From a virus (Duplodnaviria; Caudoviricetes): a stretch of DNA of 64,000 bases. Below the pieces are notes generated by a model. That model was given only the letters and a program-made list of their open reading frames with translations. It was not told where the DNA came from and made no database searches. The stretch is taken from the IMG/VR virus record IMGVR_UViG_3300021399_000117, positions 32,001 to 96,000 of that record; one strand, given 5' to 3'. The position numbers were made by a program, and so were the translations under genes. This document shows positions 56,784 to 64,000 of this stretch, one piece after another (the stretch's first letter is position 1; each line of letters starts with the position of its first letter).

Positions 56784-56799
56784 ATACCTTGTCAACAGG

Positions 56800-57552
56800 T
56801 TAATTTTGTGTGATGAAAGAATATATATGATTATTTAGCTTGTTCCAATAATATTTAGCAAGTTTCTTCTGCTTGTTTGTCATTTTTGGATTATCATTTA
56901 ACGCAGACATATATATGCTCTTATAAATTTTGTAATCATCGTAGTAACCTAATTTCTTATAGATATCTTTTACATCATACCTACCTTTAAGGTTTCTAAC
57001 ATATCTTTGAATGTTGTTCAAAAAACCTTCAACTTCGTCCTTGTCCAAATAATAACTGTAAAATTCGTCCGAGTCTGATTGCTTATCTAGATTTTTTTTG
57101 AACTTTTGTAAATATGCATTTACTCCATTATTTTTGTACTTTTGCCAATCTTGATATGCATGCTGCAATTCGTGTTGCAATGTTTCGGCTATTTCATATT
57201 CGTCAAAAAAACCAGGCTCAATATAATCATAATTCAACACTATATCAATCCAGTTAAATGTTTTATCTTCATCATTCCATTTACTGATTATATAATCATC
57301 ATCATCTTTTGATCCAACATAATACATCCCTTTGTAATTAACCTTATCAGATACTATTATCGTTATCTGTTTGAAAAATAATTGGGGAATACTATTAAAC
57401 GGACTTTCATCTAAGTCGAGGTAATAGTCACCATCACTTACATCTATTTCATCTATATGTTTTTTTATTTCATCTACTAAAATATCGACTACTTTTTCAG
57501 CCTGCTTAAACATACCAGTAGATTCAATCAAAACTTCATATAATGTTTTCAT
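56800..57552 (-). CDS. Leader-bearing HExxH zincin-like protein
   Basis: MKTLYEVLIE; TLQHELQHAYQD and downstream YY...EVE; AT-rich. Confidence 0.6.
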   Translation of the reverse strand: MKTLYEVLIESTGMFKQAEKVVDILVDEIKKHIDEIDVSDGDYYLDLDESPFNSIPQLFFKQITIIVSDKVNYKGMYYVGSKDDDDYIISKWNDEDKTFNWIDIVLNYDYIEPGFFDEYEIAETLQHELQHAYQDWQKYKNNGVNAYLQKFKKNLDKQSDSDEFYSYYLDKDEVEGFLNNIQRYVRNLKGRYDVKDIYKKLGYYDDYKIYKSIYMSALNDNPKMTNKQKKLAKYYWNKLNNHIYSFITQN

Positions 57553-57566
57553 ATATTATATATTAC

Positions 57567-57932
57567 TTATATTTTGATGGGCCATTTAATTTTACCATAT
57601 ATGCCGTCAACGTACACTTCTTCACCGCTCTCGATAACTTGACCCTTCTCGTATATAAATTGTTTGGCAATCAATCTTTTGCGTTTGATTCCGTATATAT
57701 AATAGCCTACTACAGGATATACTACATTACCGAAATTGAGAAAGATGTCACCAACATCCAATTTATTACCAAATGCATCTACATCGCGTTTTGTGGTGCG
57801 TTCTTCCGCAGACTTTGGAGCAATTTGTTTCATAGTTCGGACCAGTTCAGCTATTGTTTTTATGGCGTCCGTTTCAGCACCATTCATGATGTCTTCTGGA
57901 TTACCTAATATCGATTCCGTCAAGCTCTTCAT
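57567..57932 (-). CDS. Hypothetical protein with MKSLTESIL leader
   Basis: Leader; DAFGNKLDVGD (YorX-like) motif. Confidence 0.65.
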   Translation of the reverse strand: MKSLTESILGNPEDIMNGAETDAIKTIAELVRTMKQIAPKSAEERTTKRDVDAFGNKLDVGDIFLNFGNVVYPVVGYYIYGIKRKRLIAKQFIYEKGQVIESGEEVYVDGIYGKIKWPIKI

Positions 57933-57938
57933 AACTTA

Positions 57939-58250
57939 TTACCATTTATATCCAAGGTATGCTCCGACAGCAGTCAGTACCATGCGTGAAGTGAGTAATG
58001 AACCCAGTGTAGAACGGGTATCTATGCCTAAAGCCTTGCAAACAGCCTCCATGATAGACTTACCAGCAGTACCACCTATGACTCCGCCAACGATGCTAGA
58101 CAACAGTCCCTCATCTATGAGTTCAGCAACTGGCTTGCCTTCTGCCTGAGCTTTTTGTGATACTTCAATAATATAGTCTTTAAGAGTATTGGTATGCTCT
58201 TTAATCATGTTCTGATATTGAACGTCTTGGATTTCTTGAATAGAGTTCAT
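57939..58250 (-). CDS. Small glycine-zipper membrane protein
   Basis: LIDE|GLLSSIVGGVIGGTAG...LTAVGAYLG; TTATTAT upstream. Confidence 0.6.
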   Translation of the reverse strand: MNSIQEIQDVQYQNMIKEHTNTLKDYIIEVSQKAQAEGKPVAELIDEGLLSSIVGGVIGGTAGKSIMEAVCKALGIDTRSTLGSLLTSRMVLTAVGAYLGYKW

Positions 58251-58313
58251 ATATATATTCTATTTTTATATATAATAATATGTCTGAACTATATCATAGA
58301 ACAAAAAGTCTGA

Positions 58314-58880
58314 TCAACGGAACACAAAAACAGCATTCCCTTTATCGTCGAACTCCGGCTTTCTGTTGAACTTGTTAGCCAAGCGCTTTGCCCATTGTGT
58401 GTCACTGGTGGCGCCTACTTGAATAATCCGTGGTTTAGTATCCAAAGGATCATATTTGAACTTCATTATGGATGGAATTACAGCCGCGTTTTTAAGATCA
58501 TCAGGTTTGGCGATCTCGCCATTCTTTTTGTAATATGTTCTCCAATAACCATAGACCTCCACAGAATAGAATAGTCTATTTGCATGACGGTCAGACAAGG
58601 AACTGGTCACATACAGCTCGTATTTGATAGGAGCCTCTTCAACACATTTCTTACCAAGATATGTATTGAACCATTTGACTATTTCTATCCACTCATCATC
58701 ATGTGGTAACAAGTCGTGCTTTTTGATAGCGTCTTTTATATTACGTTTGACTCGAGGTGCGCTATATTCTTCACGCAGACCTTTTTTCAAAGGTCCCCAT
58801 ATCGATAAAAACATTTCTGCAGATTTATCGGCTTTGTCCATGATGTCACTATCTAATATGGATTCGTATAAGGTTTTCAT
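58314..58880 (-). CDS. Hypothetical protein with MKTLYESILD leader
   Basis: Leader; TTATTAT upstream. Confidence 0.7.
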   Translation of the reverse strand: MKTLYESILDSDIMDKADKSAEMFLSIWGPLKKGLREEYSAPRVKRNIKDAIKKHDLLPHDDEWIEIVKWFNTYLGKKCVEEAPIKYELYVTSSLSDRHANRLFYSVEVYGYWRTYYKKNGEIAKPDDLKNAAVIPSIMKFKYDPLDTKPRIIQVGATSDTQWAKRLANKFNRKPEFDDKGNAVFVFR

Positions 58881-58975
58881 GTATATATAATAATGTGATC
58901 AAACTCCGACATTAAAAAAGACCCAATCAAACGATCGAGTCTTTCGTATGGTATTTTGCTAGGTTACTTATCGGG

Positions 58976-59410
58976 TTAATCTAATTGATAAGGATTTACA
59001 TAGTAATAAATATAATTCTTAGTCGTTTTTCCTGGTTTTAATGATAGGGCATCTTCCAATTTCTTTATCCATTTTTCGTCGATATAATCTGATATAGGCA
59101 CCGCCAATACATTTCCAGTCCGGTTTGTTTGAAAAATATAAACATCTGTGGTCCCTCCATTATCGACACCTCCATCAACATCTTTTACATATTCATATCT
59201 CGCTTTATAACGCGAGTTAGCTAGTCTCCAATATGCGCCATTTATTGCAATACCCAATATATCCATATATCGGTCCAACTTCTCTAAATTTTTCTCAGAA
59301 CCACCTGCGAATAATATGTCAGATAGCTCCATTTTTATTCCAGCCTTGTCCTTTACTGAAATAGCTTCATTTGTCAGACTTTCTATAAGTACTTCACTTA
59401 AATTTTTCAT
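58976..59410 (-). CDS. Hypothetical protein with MKNLSEVLIESLTNE leader
   Basis: Likely start at 59410; leader motif. Confidence 0.7.
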   Translation of the reverse strand: MKNLSEVLIESLTNEAISVKDKAGIKMELSDILFAGGSEKNLEKLDRYMDILGIAINGAYWRLANSRYKARYEYVKDVDGGVDNGGTTDVYIFQTNRTGNVLAVPISDYIDEKWIKKLEDALSLKPGKTTKNYIYYYVNPYQLD

Positions 59411-59426
59411 ATTTTGTTTTTTTTTT

Positions 59427-60683
59427 TCAATCTTCTGCTGTCTGCAAGTCTTGTGCCATTTGTGAAAGGATGGCAAGTTTGGTTGGGTCGTTTTTGAACT
59501 TCTCTGTCAAGTTTGCGATACGATCTCTGATACCTTGGAGTTTTGCCTCTTTGAGTTCGTTTGCGATACGTTGTTTGTCTTCTTCAGATACTTGTTCGAT
59601 AACTGCTTTCACTTGTTCGTTGAAGTTTTCTGATAGGCTTACTCGAGTGCTCTTCTTGATAGATTCCAAGACCTCTACTACGTTTGAACTGTATGTCCAT
59701 AGACCTGAATGATTACTCTTGAGTAGGGTTGCAAACATGTTGGTACCTTCGTTTACTACGAGGAACTTGTCACCGCGTGTTTCGTAGATACCAGTATTAT
59801 CCATTTTGGCGATACGATCGAAGTTTTCGCAAGTCAATGCGATGGCCTCGAGTACCTGTGCCATCTGATTACGGAAACGTGGATTGGCAGTCATGAGCAT
59901 GAGACGGTTATGATCGCGGAACTGCTCTACTGTCATCTCTTTCTCTTCCTGACCTGTTAGCTTAACCAGTTTACCAGCTTCGTTGATCTGATATTCAGTC
60001 CCGTTATAGTGGATAGTGAGAGACTCACTGGTTGCGTCGAATGCACAGATGTCTGATTCGAGCAATGATGATACAGTACGGAACGTGTTGGATACTTCGT
60101 TCCAGTTTCCTTCTGCGATAGTCTTGTCTGCTGTGATCTTGATAACACGACCAGCTGCTTCGAAGAGGTAGCCATCACCACAACTCTCTACCAATGAGAT
60201 AGGACGTACTACTGTGTAATCAGCTGCAGCCTCTACCATAGGCATGTCATGGTATACTTGTTTTGCTACATTACGGAACTCAGTCACGTACATGACGTTC
60301 TTGAGCGCGCCGGCTTTGATATACTTGTTAACAGTCTCTTCATCATTCTCCAAAAGCTTCTCTACCTGAGCGATAGCTGACTGACTGAGATAGTTGTAAG
60401 AAGTCTGTCCGTGTCGGAGATTCTCACATACGGATGCTAGAGCCCAGGATGTCTTGTTGCTCTGGATGTAATCAGCTACTTTCTCGAGTACTGCATTGAC
60501 GCCATTGTCGTAACGATACTGTTGACCTTCTGTTATGAATCGGTTCACCAAACCACAAGTCGACTCATTAGCCATGAGGTATGACTTGAACTTATTTAGG
60601 AACTCTGATCCGGTTTGTGTTTGAGCCATAGACTCACTAACGATGGAGTTGAACTCCAAATCTGCTAATAGTTTATTGACCAT
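59427..60683 (-). CDS. Putative head/core structural protein
   Basis: 418 aa helical protein with many (I/L/V)xE sites; TTATTAT upstream. Confidence 0.5.
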   Translation of the reverse strand: MVNKLLADLEFNSIVSESMAQTQTGSEFLNKFKSYLMANESTCGLVNRFITEGQQYRYDNGVNAVLEKVADYIQSNKTSWALASVCENLRHGQTSYNYLSQSAIAQVEKLLENDEETVNKYIKAGALKNVMYVTEFRNVAKQVYHDMPMVEAAADYTVVRPISLVESCGDGYLFEAAGRVIKITADKTIAEGNWNEVSNTFRTVSSLLESDICAFDATSESLTIHYNGTEYQINEAGKLVKLTGQEEKEMTVEQFRDHNRLMLMTANPRFRNQMAQVLEAIALTCENFDRIAKMDNTGIYETRGDKFLVVNEGTNMFATLLKSNHSGLWTYSSNVVEVLESIKKSTRVSLSENFNEQVKAVIEQVSEEDKQRIANELKEAKLQGIRDRIANLTEKFKNDPTKLAILSQMAQDLQTAED

Positions 60684-60714
60684 ATAGTATTTTTGGTATA
60701 TTTAACTATATAAT

Positions 60715-60755
60715 AAAAAACAGCCCCATTCGAATTGAATGAGGCTAGATTTTTT
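60715..60755 (-). terminator. Intrinsic terminator after the tail fibre gene
   Basis: AGCCCCATTC-gaatt-GAATGAGGCT hairpin flanked by A/T runs. Confidence 0.55.
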
Positions 60756-60756
60756 G

Positions 60757-63231
60757 TTATTTGTACTTGATGATGAAGTTGATCGCGAGATACGGTGGCA
60801 TGTTTGAGTGTGCTTTGTCTCCACCGGTAACAGTTTCAGTATCTGTTTCAGAACCATTATTGTATGATGTTCTCCACGCTCTATCGCCCGATGAATCTGA
60901 TCCTGCGCGCACTCCACCAACCCAAGGACCATCTGAGTTGGTATTTGAAAAAAGCATCTTATGTTTGTGTTTAGGCATAGTTTGCTCATTCAATTTAACC
61001 TCAGGATCACCACCTTGAGCACCCAATGTGGTATCTGCTAGGATTTGTTTACTAGGATCAGATGAATCCCATCCATTTTTCAGTGATCCTGCTGCCGCAC
61101 CCAATGGGAATTTTTGTCGAAGGTCCGGTAATTTCCAGTAATCGATCGAGAAAGCACCAGACCCCTCATTACCAAATCCCCATTTGCCTCTGATTACTTG
61201 TAAAAGTGGTAATAACTTATCATATTCGTCTTTAGTGAAATCTTTTCCGCCGATACGTATTGGATCTGGGAATAGAGTTTCAATTAGTTCTTTAATTGCA
61301 GACGACGTATCTGGAGTTATTAACGAACGTAGCCATATTGGATTACAATTGGACGGATCTACATATATCCGCGATCCATCACACAACAACCACCCATCCG
61401 GTATATTTGCTTCATCAGTCTCCATACTTCCTGCCCACATAACAACAGTTCCAATAGGACAACCTAAATAGACATTAGGAACACCATTCACTGTTGCAGT
61501 GGCTGTATTACCAACCTTCAAAGAATCTGTTACAGTAGCTATACCATTGATGGTTGCTGCACCATTGATGGTTGTTGTACCTAATGATGTATCTCTCGTC
61601 ACAGTTAACGTTCCTGCTATAGACACGGCTGAATCTGATCCTGCATTCTTACCAAATATATTCAGATTTCTGCAAGATATGTCGATATCCTGATTTCGTG
61701 CAACAATATGATCAGTATTTATTTTGCCTACCTCGAGATATGACGTTCCAGGCATGTATACCATGGAGTTCGCACTGAAGCGAACCAATGAATTGGATCC
61801 AACTGAATCATTAAAAATATTGTTCGTACCAATACCTATTCTGACGCCATTTGCATGGTTATGGTGACCAGCAAAAATGACACTATCATAATCGAATACT
61901 AATGGTACCGGATTGTTTTGATCGGTGTATATATAGTCGTCATATACACTGAGTCTGCTTCCGTCTCTGACACCTATCTCTATCTCCTCCAACTTATTAG
62001 CAGCACCATCAATCCCGGCATACATGAGCATCGGCGACATATGAAGTTCTGAAAATATTGATTCAGAACCCCGTGCAGACGCGTGCCAGATGGCATGAAC
62101 CGGAGCTTTGTTGTACGAACTGCCAGGTCTTGGAGGTACGATAGGTATGAAAAGACCTTTTAACGCTTTATTCGTACGGATACTAGCAAAAGTAGCTGCC
62201 AACCAATTAAGATTCAAATTGGTCTGGATTCTATTTTCATTTGTGCAAGATACCGAGAACGACCCATCATCTCCCTTCACTATCTTTCCGAAATATGAGG
62301 TAGGAGTTTCGTCGTCGTTGATTTCAGTTGGTTCAAACGCAATACATTTAGCATCAGCGAAATCTGCAGGCGCTGGGTGCTCAGGCCCGAGCTCAGCCCA
62401 GCCACCATTAGAGTCCATGTATCTTGTCACCATTTTTCTCTCCGCTGTAGATGGTGCATCTGAAATCGCATCACCCAGTTCGACAATATAGAATGTTGCG
62501 TTTTGGCCAGGATCACCTTTTGGGCCTTGTGCTATGAGACCTGTGTTCTGTCCACCTATTCTCCAACAGAACGCCTGAAGATCCGTGTCAAAATACAAGG
62601 TAGGCGCATTCTGAATGACTACGAATTTTTTGGTTGGTGTTTTGACCCCGGTATCCGGATCCACTTTCTCATATGCCTGGAGATGTACCATACACGAACA
62701 ATCATATAACGAGCTATAAATCTCATCATAATTGTCCATTTCGATCACAAATCTACGATCCTTGAACACATAGTCATTGGTAGCCCCAATAGTATACTGA
62801 TTGCTAGGATTTATAGGGTCGTACACATATATTTCGTTGAACAGGTCGCTAGGTACGATACTGTCGATCAGACTGATGTTGTTGACGGATTTTAGTGCGT
62901 CAATCGTATCTAACCAGGCCTTTACAGTCTCTATATTCTGGTGCTCATCGTCATCAGCATCGTATACATACTGTTGGTCGGTTATCTCTTTGATGATAAC
63001 ATTCAATACATCGATACCTTCTTTGGTGAAGTATGTTCTATTGTCATTGGAGTATGTGATATGTACTTCGTTGTGTCCGATGCTCCAACCCTGATCACCT
63101 TTGACAAAGTCTTGATTACCAAGTATTTTGAAATTGGCATCGATCTGTTCAAACACGTTTTTGATACCTGCGCCATAACCGGTCTGACTTAACTCCGGTG
63201 CTTTTATGTCGTTAATCAAACTGTTTCCCAT
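60757..63231 (-). CDS. Tail fibre protein with tail-collar domain
   Basis: PIGTVVMWAG..PDGWLLCDG, LPDLR..FPLG, MPKHKH, HSNMPPYLAINFIIKY; short collagen GPKGDPG. Confidence 0.85.
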   Translation of the reverse strand: MGNSLINDIKAPELSQTGYGAGIKNVFEQIDANFKILGNQDFVKGDQGWSIGHNEVHITYSNDNRTYFTKEGIDVLNVIIKEITDQQYVYDADDDEHQNIETVKAWLDTIDALKSVNNISLIDSIVPSDLFNEIYVYDPINPSNQYTIGATNDYVFKDRRFVIEMDNYDEIYSSLYDCSCMVHLQAYEKVDPDTGVKTPTKKFVVIQNAPTLYFDTDLQAFCWRIGGQNTGLIAQGPKGDPGQNATFYIVELGDAISDAPSTAERKMVTRYMDSNGGWAELGPEHPAPADFADAKCIAFEPTEINDDETPTSYFGKIVKGDDGSFSVSCTNENRIQTNLNLNWLAATFASIRTNKALKGLFIPIVPPRPGSSYNKAPVHAIWHASARGSESIFSELHMSPMLMYAGIDGAANKLEEIEIGVRDGSRLSVYDDYIYTDQNNPVPLVFDYDSVIFAGHHNHANGVRIGIGTNNIFNDSVGSNSLVRFSANSMVYMPGTSYLEVGKINTDHIVARNQDIDISCRNLNIFGKNAGSDSAVSIAGTLTVTRDTSLGTTTINGAATINGIATVTDSLKVGNTATATVNGVPNVYLGCPIGTVVMWAGSMETDEANIPDGWLLCDGSRIYVDPSNCNPIWLRSLITPDTSSAIKELIETLFPDPIRIGGKDFTKDEYDKLLPLLQVIRGKWGFGNEGSGAFSIDYWKLPDLRQKFPLGAAAGSLKNGWDSSDPSKQILADTTLGAQGGDPEVKLNEQTMPKHKHKMLFSNTNSDGPWVGGVRAGSDSSGDRAWRTSYNNGSETDTETVTGGDKAHSNMPPYLAINFIIKYK

Positions 63232-63233
63232 AA

Positions 63234-64000
63234 TTATTTGAGTTTCATTTTTATCGTATATACGTACGTGTGTATATCTTGTGGTTTTGCATACTCCCAA
63301 TTGGATTTCCAATCGTACAGTTTATATATATAATTTGCCTGTGACTCATCTGTTCCGTACAGGCCCCGGATATATCCCAATATATTCTCTTCAACGCTTT
63401 CAGTGTCGGAAAGAGTCAGTGTGAAATTGAGTTCTGGTACGAGCATGTACAAATTACTAGTTGTGTACCAGTGATACTCGTACGGCAACTGATCTTCATT
63501 CAAGACAGGCATCACATCTCTGGTATTTTCAGTCTGTGGATGTTGTAAATTATGAACCTCCCAAGGATAGTATCCTAAACTTGGATATTTCGGAGGATAT
63601 CCAGTCTTGTGGTATTTCGGAAAGTCTGAAGTGTTGTATCCTACTTTAGTGTGTTTTATTTTGGTATACACATTATTGTCTTCTATATCTACAAAAGAAG
63701 GACGTATGTATCCACCCATTCGAATTATCTTAGTGCTTTCAGAGGTGCCGTAGTGCTCCAACTCACCGCCACTCGGGCCTTGTGCAACCCCACTCGGACC
63801 TTGTGCAAACATGAAGCCTAGTTTCTTATCCAGAGTTATCATAGTAGGGGGTACTACTGACGTCATCCACTTGTACATTGGCCCTACCCAATCCGGTTTG
63901 TCACCTGATTTATTATTAAGAATTTTAATGAGTTTGGTCAATCCGCCAAATGATAGGATATCTCTTGTTTCACTCGGGTTTTCACTACAGAAAAGACATA
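63234..64000 (-). CDS. C-terminal part of a large (probably structural) protein, truncated at window end
   Basis: Frame stays open to the window edge; directly upstream of the tail fibre gene. Confidence 0.65.
   Translation of the reverse strand, partial: CLFCSENPSETRDILSFGGLTKLIKILNNKSGDKPDWVGPMYKWMTSVVPPTMITLDKKLGFMFAQGPSGVAQGPSGGELEHYGTSESTKIIRMGGYIRPSFVDIEDNNVYTKIKHTKVGYNTSDFPKYHKTGYPPKYPSLGYYPWEVHNLQHPQTENTRDVMPVLNEDQLPYEYHWYTTSNLYMLVPELNFTLTLSDTESVEENILGYIRGLYGTDESQANYIYKLYDWKSNWEYAKPQDIHTYVYTIKMKLK

Noticed and set aside
300-63700. Numerous short overlapping or antisense ORFs in the six-frame track
   Set aside because: They overlap better-supported genes and show no motifs; treated as shadows
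63770-63810. 21-nt tandem duplication (AQGPSG twice)
   Set aside because: Simple in-frame linker duplication with no further structure
1-64000. Stop-codon recoding (TAG or TGA reassigned, as in some gut megaphages)
   Set aside because: Long conserved genes are intact and densely packed under the standard code; no recognisable gene is split by in-frame TAG or TGA

Overview
This 64 kb window is a gene-dense segment of a large T4-like (jumbo/huge) myophage genome read in the standard genetic code. The host is probably an anaerobic Bacteroidota; this is inferred from the SD-less AT-rich ribosome-binding regions, a BspA-type LRR protein, a 2[4Fe-4S] ferredoxin and an SSB ending in DLPF. Replication and nucleotide genes: PolB C-terminus, dCTP deaminase/dUTPase, thymidine kinase, RNase H-like 5' nuclease, gp32-like SSB, primase-polymerase/SF2 helicase fusion, dNMP kinase, UvsW and a DEDDh exonuclease. 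Expression genes: two sigma70-family factors, an S1-like protein and a RimK-protease fusion. Virion genes: gp5-, gp15-, gp3-, gp4- and gp13-like proteins and tail fibres. There is also a 7-deazaguanine DNA-modification cluster (queD, queE, dpdA-like, ArcS-like, ferredoxin, folE2). Four things stand out. (1) About 20 unrelated proteins share a T4-type capsid-targeting N-terminal leader, many behind a common TTATTAT promoter-like word. This predicts a large injected protein cargo, including a ligase-like/nucleotidyltransferase/nuclease triad and the ArcS-like enzyme. (2) A 31-nt module with covarying H-type pseudoknot potential occurs in 0, 1 or 2 copies inside the loop of a conserved hairpin upstream of putative early genes. 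(3) An ~88-bp element is repeated in inverted orientation at convergent gene junctions. (4) A GC-rich three-way-junction RNA candidate lies in a 5' leader. All functional calls come from motif recognition by eye; no database searches were run.
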